Virus record (IMG/VR): IMGVR_UViG_3300001847_000521
Length of the DNA stretch: 38,855 nucleotides
Direction: 5' to 3' (one strand)
DNA from: a virus
The translations under genes and the position numbers were made by a program. Of the stretch, positions 30,222 through 38,855 are shown in pieces. The notes under the pieces are model-generated. The model saw only the letters and a list, made by a program, of their open reading frames with translations. It had not been told where the DNA came from and ran no database searches. The stretch's first letter is position 1, and the number at the start of each line of letters is the position of its first letter.

Positions 30222-31199
30222 TTACGAGGTGGTCAGATCCGCCGCGATGCCGTGCGCCTTCTCGGTACGGACCTTGAGGCCGTATTCGACGATCAGCATG
30301 CGGGTGTCCGCGTCGCCGGTTTTCGCCAGCACTTCGGTCTTGAAGTTACGCAGATACGCGACCGAGAGATACTCGGGATCGATCACGTAGGCGTTGGCTT
30401 CAGGCTGCCAGCGGTTCGGAACGATGCGGACCTCGCCGAAATCGGAGAGATACACATCGGCCGTGCCGATGATCGCGATCGGCGAAACGTCGCCGACGTT
30501 GTAGCGGGCAGAAGCAAGACCGGAGAACCCGGAGGCCACGGTCTTGTTGAACGGACCAGTCATGCACATGACCGGCTCGCCACCCGAGGTCCACACCTGC
30601 TTGATGACGTCCTTGAGGATCGTCTCAGTGAAGGCGCGGGCCGTGCCGGCGATGCGGTACGCATTCGGGTAACCGTTACCCGAAGAGCCCGACATCGTCG
30701 GGTTCGTGCCGCCGCTGGCCTTGTTCACGTTCGTTTGCAGCCACGCGCCGAGGCCGGCGGTGGTGCGGGCGGTCGTGTTGCCACCAGTCGTCGCGATGGC
30801 ATTCGAGGTGAGGCTCGACTCCATGTCGCGCTTCAACTCCGAGCTTGCTTTCGCGAGCTCGTAAGCAAGCAGGCTCTTCATGCCCGCCTTGTCGACCGCT
30901 TCCACGGTGCCCGTGGTCGCGACGACCTTGCGCGAGATCTGCGTGTAGTTTCCGACGCGAACGGTCGGAGAACGCGAGCCGGCGGTGACGGCGTCACCTT
31001 CAAGCTGCGCGTTCGTGGTGCTCGCCGACGCGAGGGTGTCAAGCTGCCACTCGAAGTAACTGTTCTTGACGTTCTCGCGGCCGATGTTGGACATCAGCGG
31101 TGTATCGACTGGAGCGATGTTGTAGATCACGTTCGCGAGATCTTCGCGAACGGCATTGCTCTCGTCGTACCGCGTGATGGCGTTGGTAACCAATGCCAT
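30222..31199 (-). CDS. Major capsid protein (DUF5309/SU10-type, HK97 fold)
   Basis: REDLANVIYNIAPVDTPLMSNIGRENVKNSYFEWQLDTLASA...NAQLEGDA matches the N-terminal signature of this capsid family. It is preceded by the scaffold gene and followed by a terminator. Confidence 0.85.
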   Translation of the reverse strand: MALVTNAITRYDESNAVREDLANVIYNIAPVDTPLMSNIGRENVKNSYFEWQLDTLASASTTNAQLEGDAVTAGSRSPTVRVGNYTQISRKVVATTGTVEAVDKAGMKSLLAYELAKASSELKRDMESSLTSNAIATTGGNTTARTTAGLGAWLQTNVNKASGGTNPTMSGSSGNGYPNAYRIAGTARAFTETILKDVIKQVWTSGGEPVMCMTGPFNKTVASGFSGLASARYNVGDVSPIAIIGTADVYLSDFGEVRIVPNRWQPEANAYVIDPEYLSVAYLRNFKTEVLAKTGDADTRMLIVEYGLKVRTEKAHGIAADLTTS

Positions 31200-31213
31200 T
31201 TACGTGTTCCTTC

Positions 31214-32263
31214 TTAGTCAATGATGCGTTCGAAGAGGGCGGCCGCGTCAGCGACACGCCCGGTTTTGGCGAGACGTTGTTTCGCTTTCGTCGTTTCGGA
31301 CGTTGACCTAGGAACAGTATTCCCCGATCCCGCCTTCGCCGGCGCCGGCGATCGTGCCGGTGCGGGCTGCGGCTTTCTCGACGTCAGCTCGTCGTATCGA
31401 CGAGCCTTGTCCAGGATCAGGATTGCGCGCGGATCAGTCGCCTGCATCAATTCATCTTCGCTATAGCCAGCGCTTTGGCCGTAGCTCAGGAGTTTTGCGC
31501 GGTCGGCTTCCCACGTCTCGGGCTTCTTCCACTCCGGTCGCTTCTCGAGGAGCTGCTTGCGCCCCTCCACGACCATGTTCTGGATTTGAGCCCGCTGCTC
31601 TTCGGTTTGCAAAGCGTGAAGACGTTGCTGCTCGGCCTGCGCGGCCACCAGCTTGTCGTTGCGTTCACGCCACACGTCACGTTGTCTGACGTACTCAAGC
31701 GGATCCGAGTTGTAGAGCGCATTCCAATCCGGTTCCTGCGGCATCAGCTGCGTGAGCTGCTGCTGCAAGGCCGAAAGCATCTGCGCGTACTGAGCTCGTT
31801 CCACCCGAGCCGCCTCGAACTCGGCTTCCACTGCCTTGCGGCTGGAGGCGAGCTCTTGCGTTTTGCGAGTGTAGTCTGCCGTCCGCGAGTATCCGGCGAT
31901 CACCTCGTCGAGCGGAACCTTCTGTTCTTTGCCGTCAACCTTGACGGTGATCAGACTGTTCTGCTCGGCCGCAGGCTCTTCCTGACCCTCTTCGGGTGCG
32001 GCCGCAGCTTCTTTTTCCTCGGCGGGCTCTGCAGGGGCGACCTCCTCCGTCGCTTCCTCTGCAGGCGTCTCTTCCGCCGGCGGTGCTGCGTTTTGCGTTG
32101 TCTCTTCTGCAGGAGCTTCCTCCTGCTCATCGACACCGCGCATCACTGCTTGGCCTCGCGGGAACTGGGTTGTCGGTTTCTCACCGCCCAGGATCGCCGC
32201 GAATTGATCGGCAGCTTCAGGCAACCCAATCCCGCCCGTGGACGGGGTGTTGGAGGTATTCAT
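31214..32263 (-). CDS. Putative scaffolding protein
   Basis: An acidic PE/AE-rich low-complexity N-terminal region is followed by long helical Gln/Glu/Arg segments. It lies directly upstream of the capsid gene. ATG 32263 (track start is TTG 32266). Confidence 0.65.
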   Translation of the reverse strand: MNTSNTPSTGGIGLPEAADQFAAILGGEKPTTQFPRGQAVMRGVDEQEEAPAEETTQNAAPPAEETPAEEATEEVAPAEPAEEKEAAAAPEEGQEEPAAEQNSLITVKVDGKEQKVPLDEVIAGYSRTADYTRKTQELASSRKAVEAEFEAARVERAQYAQMLSALQQQLTQLMPQEPDWNALYNSDPLEYVRQRDVWRERNDKLVAAQAEQQRLHALQTEEQRAQIQNMVVEGRKQLLEKRPEWKKPETWEADRAKLLSYGQSAGYSEDELMQATDPRAILILDKARRYDELTSRKPQPAPARSPAPAKAGSGNTVPRSTSETTKAKQRLAKTGRVADAAALFERIID

Positions 32264-32284
32264 CAAATCCTCAATCTGTTGAAA

Positions 32285-32542
32285 CTAGGCCGAGCGTAGT
32301 GCCTTCAGCCTCTGCGAGTATTCCGCAACGCGGTTCTCTGCCGCGATCGCGCGAATTGCCTCCCGGAGCTCGCCGATCGCGCGGATCATGCGCCAGGCGT
32401 CTTCTCGGGTCGGCGCCTGCGGCAGCGTCGAGGCGCGCCACTGGGCAGTGTAGTTGTCTTCTAAGTGCTTCAGGGCCGCATCGAAGGCGACGCTGTTCAG
32501 GAGATCCTGTGCGCCCTGGATGATGGTGGTGCGGTCGATCAT
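32285..32542 (-). CDS. Hypothetical head-module protein
   Basis: 85 aa. ATGA-type 4-nt overlap with the upstream gene. Confidence 0.5.
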   Translation of the reverse strand: MIDRTTIIQGAQDLLNSVAFDAALKHLEDNYTAQWRASTLPQAPTREDAWRMIRAIGELREAIRAIAAENRVAEYSQRLKALRSA

Positions 32543-33912
32543 TGATAGGCGGGCTCTTGCTGTGCGCTACCAACGCCAGCAGCTATTGGGCCAAGCAGCC
32601 CGAAGTGGTATCCCTTTTCCGATAGATACTTTCCAATGCGATCAAGCCATTGTTGATCAGCGTGCTGAACGGTTGGGAGCCCCTTTGGTATGCGTTCCAT
32701 AAGATAATCAATCGTTGGTTTATAGCCCGGAAGATTGCTGCGGTATTTTTCAAGAGCCGTAACAATTTCTGGGTACATTATCTCTTGCGGAACCGATGTC
32801 GGCATTCCGCCGACATATTTGCCAGCAAGGTTCGTGTCGTAAGAAATATGCTGCGATTGGGATTTAAATGTCTTTCCGGACGGATCAAGCTGGGCAATGG
32901 ATAGACCAGACGCTCCCGTGGCTTCATTCAATAGCCTGGGGTCAGTAACTGCAAATCTAGCTTCTGCGACGCTCGGAAACCCCTGCTCAAGGAATTGCGA
33001 CTTGTCCATCGTCTTGGCAAATTTACTTCTAATCTTGCCAGGCGCCTGCTGCAGATAATCACGTAGATCGATTGATAAAATTCCGGGCCAGTTTTCCGCT
33101 GCGCCAAAATCTTTTGTTGGCGTTTTCATAGCTCGATCAAAATCTTTTGCAGCTTTCTTCGACACCTCTACGTGCTTCATCATCTCAGAAAGCGCGTCAG
33201 AAACATGATGCGAAAAATCAGCTGATCGCTCGCCCATTGCGGTGTAGACACCGTAAATCGGGCGTTCACTTTCGGCGGCCGATTTCACAGTGTTAGCCAG
33301 CCGTGACGCGACACCCTTCGCAGACGCCCACGCCGCGTCATCTGCCACATTGTTAGCCATAAAACCGTGTCCGCCCTGCAAGGCCACCGGGTCTTCGAAT
33401 TTAAACCCATTGACTTGCAGCAGATTTCCACCAGCAGCCGTTCGGTCGCCGCGAAGAGGCACCAATGCCCCGCCCTGTAACTTCGCTGGGCTGATTACCA
33501 CTTCATCTGCTGCGGCAGGCACTGGCTTAATAACGGCCGACATTTCAGATATTGGCTTCGGCAATTTAATTTGCGAAATGCCGTGCCATAAATCAGAGGC
33601 CAGCGTGCCAGCCTTTTTTACGGCGCCTGCGGGCCCCGCCTGCGCCTCGTCGCTTGACAACACGCCGGCACCAGCGAGCGCGGCGACCTTCGCCGCCCTG
33701 CCCAAAGGACCACCGGCGGCAAGCAGAGCGACATCAGCGGGTGAGCGCGGCACGACCATGCCGAAGTCGGGGTTTTCCGTCAGCCAGCCTTCCTGCCGCC
33801 CGCCGATCGGCTTCGCCGCCTGGCGCTGCCGTCTTGCCGCGGCCTCGAACGGATCCTCCATAAGAGAATATCCGCCGGCATACGGATCGACCTGATCAAG
33901 CAATCCAGGCAT
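32539..33912 (-). CDS. Hypothetical 457-aa head-module protein with a compositionally foreign C-terminal half
   Basis: ATG 33912 with GGAG 6 nt upstream (track start is TTG 33915). No named motif. The 3' portion has much lower GC than its surroundings. Confidence 0.55.
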   Translation of the reverse strand: MPGLLDQVDPYAGGYSLMEDPFEAAARRQRQAAKPIGGRQEGWLTENPDFGMVVPRSPADVALLAAGGPLGRAAKVAALAGAGVLSSDEAQAGPAGAVKKAGTLASDLWHGISQIKLPKPISEMSAVIKPVPAAADEVVISPAKLQGGALVPLRGDRTAAGGNLLQVNGFKFEDPVALQGGHGFMANNVADDAAWASAKGVASRLANTVKSAAESERPIYGVYTAMGERSADFSHHVSDALSEMMKHVEVSKKAAKDFDRAMKTPTKDFGAAENWPGILSIDLRDYLQQAPGKIRSKFAKTMDKSQFLEQGFPSVAEARFAVTDPRLLNEATGASGLSIAQLDPSGKTFKSQSQHISYDTNLAGKYVGGMPTSVPQEIMYPEIVTALEKYRSNLPGYKPTIDYLMERIPKGLPTVQHADQQWLDRIGKYLSEKGYHFGLLGPIAAGVGSAQQEPAYQ

Positions 33913-33915
33913 CAA

Positions 33916-34098
33916 CTACTCCAGCGGCTCGTCGGCATCGAGGCCGTACTGCACCAGCAGCTGCTCGATCTCGGCGTCGTCATCAAGCGAGGCAACGGCG
34001 CCAAGCAGCGCGCTAATGTCGTCGTTGCACTCGTCGAACTCTTTATCCAGAAGCGGATACGTGCCCTTTGCGACGAGGCGATTACGCAGGTGTACCAT
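33916..34098 (-). CDS. Hypothetical small acidic protein
   Basis: 60 aa. It overlaps the portal 3' end by 17 nt. Confidence 0.4.
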   Translation of the reverse strand: MVHLRNRLVAKGTYPLLDKEFDECNDDISALLGAVASLDDDAEIEQLLVQYGLDADEPLE

Positions 34099-36247
34099 TG
34101 TAGGGCTGCGTCTGTTCTGTCATCTGCTGCGCGTTCATCGCAGCCTGCCGCTCGGCGCTGTCGGCGCGGAGCTGCTCGACGGCAAGCTCGCGGCTGTGCG
34201 CGAAGCTGTTCTCGAGCGTGGCAAGATCAAATTGTGTGTTGTATTTCGCGTTCAACTCCGCGGCCCTCAACTCGGTGTCGGCGCGCAGCTTGTCGCGGTT
34301 GAATGCGTCCTCGATCAGGATCTGCATGCGCTTGAGGTGGGCCTCGTCGGCCTGCTTGGCCTGCGCCGCCTGGACCTTCGCCATCTCGATCTGCGCGAGC
34401 ATGGCATTCGGATCGGTCTGCGGCTTCTGCTGGGCCATCGCCTGCTGCATCACCTGCGCGGTCTGCCCGTCCACGCGCTTGAAGTAGCGCGAGGCGTCCT
34501 TGATGTTGGCGAGCTCGAGCAATTTCGAGAGGCTGTTACTGTATTGGCTCACATCGCAGATCGGGTTAGCCGGGCCGAGCAGCTGCATGATCTGCTCCTG
34601 CTTTTGCAGGACCATCATCATAAATTGCAGGCGCTCGTTGTCGGAGCCGCGCCCCAGGCCGACATTGACCTGGACGTCCATGTCGGCGTCCCAATACTTT
34701 GGATCAATCTCAACCCACTGTCCGCGCAGCTTGACGGTGCGCGGGCGGTCCTGGTGGCGAACGATCATCTTCAGCAGGCCCTTGAAGAGCCGCTTGATGC
34801 CGGTCTCCGCGAAGACGCGCGCAATCAGCTCGATGCGCTCCTGGGCGCCCTGCACCGTCGCCGTGACCGCGGCCTTCGTCGTGCTCTGCAGCACGTCTGG
34901 GTCGAGGCCCTGCGAGGCGGCGCTGATGCCGGTGCGCTGCGCGCGCACCTGGTCGAGGTAGGCAATGATCGGCATCGCATTCTGGCCGACAAAGGGCTCG
35001 GACAACGAAGCAATCATGCCGGGCGCGCGGGTGCGTATGATCGCGCCAGTCTCGGTGTTCATAACGTCGTCGAGGTTGACCTGGCCCTCGACCACCACGG
35101 TGCGCGGATGGATGACCTGCGCGAGGCTGTCGAGCGTGTTGCGGACCACCGCGGTCTTGATGCGCTGGAGGTCCATCACCTGGTCGCCGACGGCCTGGCC
35201 GATGATCATGTGGGGCTCGGGATCAGGGCAGAGCACGGCAAAGGGGACGTCGGTCGCGACCTCGTCGTGCAGCACGCTGTGCGAATTGCCGAGCGTGCAG
35301 ACGCGACGCAGCTCGGCGATGCCGTCGCCGTCGCGGTCAATGCGGATGTAGCTCTCGACGTACACGATGCGGCGCAGCGACTGGTCGGCGCTGTCCATGT
35401 GCTGCGTGAATGTCATCAGCGCGGGATTGCGGGTCTGCGCTTCGTAGTTGATCGAGAAGACGTCGCCGCCGCCGCTGTTCTCTTCAATCTCTTTCTGCGA
35501 GTAGCCCATCGCGATCAGCTCGCTGACGGTCTTCAGCGAGCGGTGGCCGACATACTCGGCGGTGTCGAGGTCGCGCGCGTTACGCGCAATCAGAAATTCT
35601 TCCGGCGGGATCGCCTCAACGACGATCTTGTTGCGCGGCTTGCTGCGGCGAATGCGGATGTCGTAGATCTGCGGCGCGGCGCCAGGTAACCCCGTCGCCG
35701 GATCAATCTGCGGGATGCCCTGCGGATCGGGGCGCGCCTCTTCCTCGACGACCTCGACGTCCTTGTCCTCAAGTAGCAGGTTGTAAGACGCCTGATCGAG
35801 GCCGGTGTAACTCGCTTCGCTGATTTCCGCGTCCTCGGACCACCGCCACTTGATGATGCCGGTCTTGCGGATCAGGGCGTCCTTGAAGGCCTCGAGCAGA
35901 ACCTGGAAGCCGGGGTTGTCGTTGTAAAAGACGAAATTGACGTAGTCGGTCGCCTGCTCAGCAAATGCGACCTCGGCCTCGTTGCGCGGCGCGTATTCGA
36001 CGGCGTGCTCGCTCGAGGTGAAGATCCGCAGCAGCGACGGCACGATCGCCTGCACGACGTCGCGCAGCTCGGTCATCACGACCTGAGAGCGCCCGGCTTC
36101 CTCGTTGCCAAGCGGATCGCCGCGGTAGTATTGCGTCGCGAGCGCGCGCGTCGGCGCGACAAAGCCGTCAACGTAGTCGACGGCGTCGTCGATGATTGAT
36201 TTGACCGAGGCAGCAAATTGCTCGTCGGACATCAGTTCGTTTGACAT
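34082..36247 (-). CDS. Portal protein
   Basis: Trimmed to Met62 (ATG 36247). 721 aa. YYRGDPLGNEEAGRSQVVMTELRDVV is typical of podoviral (P22-like) portals. Size and position fit. Confidence 0.8.
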   Translation of the reverse strand: MSNELMSDEQFAASVKSIIDDAVDYVDGFVAPTRALATQYYRGDPLGNEEAGRSQVVMTELRDVVQAIVPSLLRIFTSSEHAVEYAPRNEAEVAFAEQATDYVNFVFYNDNPGFQVLLEAFKDALIRKTGIIKWRWSEDAEISEASYTGLDQASYNLLLEDKDVEVVEEEARPDPQGIPQIDPATGLPGAAPQIYDIRIRRSKPRNKIVVEAIPPEEFLIARNARDLDTAEYVGHRSLKTVSELIAMGYSQKEIEENSGGGDVFSINYEAQTRNPALMTFTQHMDSADQSLRRIVYVESYIRIDRDGDGIAELRRVCTLGNSHSVLHDEVATDVPFAVLCPDPEPHMIIGQAVGDQVMDLQRIKTAVVRNTLDSLAQVIHPRTVVVEGQVNLDDVMNTETGAIIRTRAPGMIASLSEPFVGQNAMPIIAYLDQVRAQRTGISAASQGLDPDVLQSTTKAAVTATVQGAQERIELIARVFAETGIKRLFKGLLKMIVRHQDRPRTVKLRGQWVEIDPKYWDADMDVQVNVGLGRGSDNERLQFMMMVLQKQEQIMQLLGPANPICDVSQYSNSLSKLLELANIKDASRYFKRVDGQTAQVMQQAMAQQKPQTDPNAMLAQIEMAKVQAAQAKQADEAHLKRMQILIEDAFNRDKLRADTELRAAELNAKYNTQFDLATLENSFAHSRELAVEQLRADSAERQAAMNAQQMTEQTQPYNGTPA

Positions 36248-36330
36248 TGCGTTCTCAACTGAAGCGGCCCCGCTCGAATGCGCGCGAATGAGCACCCGGT
36301 TTCTTCCGGGTTGGCGTTTGACGCTGGAGC

Positions 36331-36513
36331 CTAACCCTGTGCCCGCACTCGCGGCTGATTGCGGTGGCGAGGACCGGCGGCGGGCTTGACGCGGCTCGGG
36401 AGCTTCTTGCCCTTGCTTGCCGAGTTCCACTCGTCAACGTCAACGCCTTGCTTTTCGAGCTTGGCGCGATTGGCGTTGAAGTAGCGTTCTTGCGCGAGGC
36501 TCTTGTATGGCAT
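36331..36513 (-). CDS. DUF3008-like small protein
   Basis: Track ORF 36331..36834 trimmed to Met108 (ATG 36513, GGAGG 4 nt upstream). MPYKSLAQERYFNANRAKLEKQGVDVDEWNSASKGKKLPSRV matches DUF3008 as I recall it. Confidence 0.55.
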   Translation of the reverse strand: MPYKSLAQERYFNANRAKLEKQGVDVDEWNSASKGKKLPSRVKPAAGPRHRNQPRVRAQG

Positions 36514-36851
36514 CAGGCCTCCATGTCGCCAATGCCGGCAGCCGGCTTCACGTTCACGGAAGCGCTGCGCTTGACCGCGGAGACGGCAGACGCCTTGCGC
36601 TGCGCGACGCGCTGGAGCGGCGTTGCCGGCTTCTTCGGTCGGATCGGCTTCAGCGTGTCGTGGTGCATTTCGTATGAGCCGCGGCCGACCTTGTCGATCG
36701 CCATGCTCGCGTTCGCGCCATGATGCGCGTCGGCGAGCGCCTGGTGCGGCGCGCCGAGGCGGCCGGCGCTTTCGATGCCGACGGCAGGGCGGATGTTCGG
36801 GCCGACCTTTGCGGCCTGGCTCTTCGTGACCCAAATCGGTTGCTTAGCCAC
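36513..36851 (-). CDS. Hypothetical basic protein
   Basis: 112 aa with a GTG start. Its stop shares 1 nt with the next ATG. Confidence 0.45.
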   Translation of the reverse strand: MAKQPIWVTKSQAAKVGPNIRPAVGIESAGRLGAPHQALADAHHGANASMAIDKVGRGSYEMHHDTLKPIRPKKPATPLQRVAQRKASAVSAVKRSASVNVKPAAGIGDMEA

Positions 36852-37026
36852 GGCCGCCGACCTCGCCGTTGCGGTCCATGTAGCGGCAGGTCTCTTTCGT
36901 CCAAGACCGCTGCTCTTGTGTCGGACGGCCCTTGCCGCTCATCTTCTGGCCGGTGTCGTGCTTGCCGGTCTTTGCGCGCGGCAGCTTGCTCGCCGGCTTG
37001 GCCGGCAACGTGTGTCCTGGGTTCAT
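36844..37026 (-). CDS. Hypothetical small basic protein
   Basis: Track ORF trimmed to Met17 (ATG 37026; TAATG overlap with the terL stop). 60 aa. Confidence 0.4.
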   Translation of the reverse strand: MNPGHTLPAKPASKLPRAKTGKHDTGQKMSGKGRPTQEQRSWTKETCRYMDRNGEVGGRG

Positions 37027-38663
37027 TATATAATTCCTGCAATGCGCCGCTCGAGCGGCTTTCCTGAGATCCACTTGCTTGCGCGGCCGCCGACGAGGGC
37101 AGCCTGGCCGGCGAAGGTGAGGCAGAGTGCGTCAGCCACGTCCGGGCTCCGCAGTCCGCGCTTCTTCATCTCGGCCTTGCCCTCGACCTTGATCTTGCCG
37201 GTCGAGGTAAACGTATAGGTTGGGCTGACGAGCTCTGCCCGCAGATCGTCATCTTTTGGGATCCGGCAATTCCTCGCGCCCAACCAATCTTTACAGCTCA
37301 GCCACAGCTCGTCGCGCAAGCGCGCGGCCTGTGGGTTCAAAGCGGCGCTCTCGCTGACGTTAACGTCACGCACGTTCAGCGAGAGCTCGCGCAGACGATC
37401 GGCGACGCCTGACCCTAGGCCGATGGAGTCCACGCATATTTCTGCAGGGCTGTCCTGCTTGGCCTCGTTCACAACGCGGCCGACGGTTTCCATTGTATCG
37501 GCGCCAGACCAGCTCTTTATTTCTAGGAGGACGTTGCCTTGTCGTTTGACGAGGACCGTTCTGTCATCGCCAAAGCGGGCCACGTCCAGGCCGTAAACGA
37601 GAGGCTCGCCGGCGGAGGCGGCAACGTCGCGGCACATTGCGCTGTCCACGAGATCAGCCGCGATGAGTACGTCATCATCTCTGAGAGCGAACTCTCCCAG
37701 GACTCGAACTCGGAATGCGTTGCTGCTTTCTCCATAAGTCGCCTTTATCTGATCGACGAAGTCCTCGCTCACGAGGCGGTTGCCAATGCACGACACGTGC
37801 ATCGTCTTCCAATCGTCCTTGAGCTGGTGGTGCGTCCTGAAGAAGAGCCCGCTGTTGCGCGTCGGGTTGCTGATCAAAATCGTCGTCGCCGTGTGGCCCG
37901 ACATCGAGCCGGCGGCGCTTTCAAACACGCTCTCCGGTATCGCGCTCGCCTCGTCGACGATCAAAAGCACATGCTCACTGTGGACGCCGGCGAGCGCCTC
38001 GGGTCTTTCTGAGCTGCTGGTGCGGGCCGAGATGAAGGAGCTCTCGGGGGCGCTTGCCAAGACGATGCGGTCGCTGAAGACCTCGACCATCGAGCGAAGC
38101 GGCGCCGGCATCTCGTTGATCCAGCGCTTGAGCTCCGCGAAGAGAGCGTCGAAGAGCTGGCTCGCGGTCGGCGCCGTGCAGATCGCCTTCTGCGGAAACT
38201 TCGTAATCAGGTGCCAAATCAATGCCCACGCGCAGGCGCTCGACTTGCCGACGCCGTGGCCGGCGCGGACGCTGATGCGGCGCGTGCCCTTGGCGATCTC
38301 AGTCAGGAACTCCTTCTGCCAGTCGAGCGGCTGTGCCTTCAGCACGCGCTCGACGAACTCGACGGGCTTGTCGCGGTAGTGATCAATAAAACTGGAGAGG
38401 GCCTCGGCCATCTCCTGCTGGATCTTGAGCGCCTGCTCGGGCGTGGGGCCGGCTGCCTGCCGATCGCGCTCGTCCTGCTCTCTGACCTCTTGCGCGCGGC
38501 GGCGTTGCTCGGCGAAGCGCTGGCCAGGCTTCGCGCGAACTTTTTTTGGTTTTTTGCGCAGGTCTTCTTCTGTCGGCCCCTCCCCCTGGGGGGTTACTTC
38601 CGCATCAGGTTCGCGTGTCGGCGCAAATCGAACCATTGCTTTCCATCTTTTTCCGAGCGCCAC
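37026..38663 (-). CDS. terL: Terminase large subunit
   Basis: Walker A RAGHGVGKSSACA, Walker B HVLLIVDEASAIPE, nuclease-domain VYGLDVARFGDDRTV. The 5' end overlaps the 75-aa ORF by 70 nt, so the true start may be further downstream (e.g. ATG 38636). Confidence 0.9.
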   Translation of the reverse strand: MALGKRWKAMVRFAPTREPDAEVTPQGEGPTEEDLRKKPKKVRAKPGQRFAEQRRRAQEVREQDERDRQAAGPTPEQALKIQQEMAEALSSFIDHYRDKPVEFVERVLKAQPLDWQKEFLTEIAKGTRRISVRAGHGVGKSSACAWALIWHLITKFPQKAICTAPTASQLFDALFAELKRWINEMPAPLRSMVEVFSDRIVLASAPESSFISARTSSSERPEALAGVHSEHVLLIVDEASAIPESVFESAAGSMSGHTATTILISNPTRNSGLFFRTHHQLKDDWKTMHVSCIGNRLVSEDFVDQIKATYGESSNAFRVRVLGEFALRDDDVLIAADLVDSAMCRDVAASAGEPLVYGLDVARFGDDRTVLVKRQGNVLLEIKSWSGADTMETVGRVVNEAKQDSPAEICVDSIGLGSGVADRLRELSLNVRDVNVSESAALNPQAARLRDELWLSCKDWLGARNCRIPKDDDLRAELVSPTYTFTSTGKIKVEGKAEMKKRGLRSPDVADALCLTFAGQAALVGGRASKWISGKPLERRIAGII

Positions 38664-38821
38664 GGATCGCCGAAGGCGCGGGGTGCCGGGGGCTCGAGGC
38701 CGGCGGCGATCGCCTGCTTCTCGGCGCGGCGGGCGCGGCGGTGCTCGCGGGCCTTGTATGGCGCGTCGGTTTCGGCCGCTGTCATACCGGTGACCGGCGT
38801 GTGGCGGTGGCTTCGGGACAT
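38594..38821 (-). CDS. Hypothetical basic protein (first ORF after the leader)
   Basis: 75-aa Arg/His-rich ORF starting at ATG 38821, 13 nt from the terminal repeat. Confidence 0.45.
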   Translation of the reverse strand: MSRSHRHTPVTGMTAAETDAPYKAREHRRARRAEKQAIAAGLEPPAPRAFGDPWRSEKDGKQWFDLRRHANLMRK

Positions 38822-38833
38822 TTTCGCGCGTCC

Positions 38834-38855
38834 GAAAACAGGGTGCTGCCGCAGC
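38834..38855. repeat. 22-bp terminal direct repeat (right copy), identical to 1..22
   Basis: Exact match read directly from the sequence. Confidence 0.9.

Larger units (their letters stand above)
1..38855. mobile_element. Complete circular temperate phage genome (short-tailed/podovirus-like gene set; alphaproteobacterial host inferred)
   Basis: The ends overlap by 22 identical nt. Present: terminase, portal, scaffold, DUF5309-type capsid, tail fibres, lysis cassette, replication module, integrase/excisionase and a tRNA-fragment attP. No tape-measure, tube or sheath gene was seen. The GcrA homologue points to Alphaproteobacteria. Confidence 0.8.

Noticed and set aside
30183-32299. Plus-strand ORFs 30183..31217 (344 aa) and 31475..32299 (274 aa)
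   Set aside because: They are antisense to the major capsid and scaffold genes, which carry clear family signatures or context. Their composition is typical of shadow frames.
34016-35689. 557-aa plus-strand ORF
   Set aside because: It is antisense to the portal gene, with Leu/Arg/Ala/Asp-rich low-complexity translation and no start context. It is a GC-driven artefact.
36331-36834. 167-aa ORF as a single gene
   Set aside because: Its N-terminal 107 aa are Arg/Pro-rich and overlap the better 112-aa ORF in another frame. Only the C-terminal 60 aa (DUF3008-like, with its own GGAGG-ATG) look real.

Overview
The first 22 nt of this 38.8-kb, GC-rich window (roughly 60-65% by eye) are repeated exactly at its end, so it reads as a circularly closed contig. 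The gene content is that of a complete temperate, short-tailed (podovirus-like) phage. The host is inferred to be an alphaproteobacterium because the phage encodes a GcrA homologue. About 34 kb form a single co-oriented minus-strand gene train, mostly linked by ATGA, TGATG or TAATG start/stop overlaps. It starts at a switch region (7358-7476) and runs through four modules: (1) early/replication genes: GcrA-like, Zn-ribbon, RusA, DUF6378-like, Cas4-like nuclease and Prim-Pol/helicase; (2) across the circular junction, packaging and head genes: terS-like, terL, portal, scaffold and a DUF5309-type capsid, with an embedded glycosyltransferase; (3) three tail-fibre genes, internal virion proteins and an SLT transglycosylase; (4) a complex lysis cassette and a terminal exonuclease/HExxH/DUF1937 trio, ending at a bidirectional terminator (11682-11707). 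The only plus-strand block (7477-11539) is the lysogeny/accessory module. It holds an XRE-type regulator, an excisionase-like HTH, a tyrosine integrase, an orphan NPPF DNA methyltransferase cassette, small Cys-rich ORFs, an attP made of the 3' part of tRNA-Arg(UCU), and a glycine-zipper ORF. I saw no rRNA, complete tRNA, CRISPR array, reverse transcriptase or DNA polymerase. The most interesting non-genic signals are:
- a TGCACA/TGTGCA hexamer array with a 41-bp palindrome next to the primase-helicase gene;
- an AACACAAT half-site shared between that palindrome and the switch region, with 11-bp and 22-bp spacings;
- four GANTC sites clustered in the leader of the late genes;
- direct repeats showing that the methyltransferase cassette was inserted into the integrase 3' end.
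All family names come from motif recognition by eye and from memory. No database search was possible.
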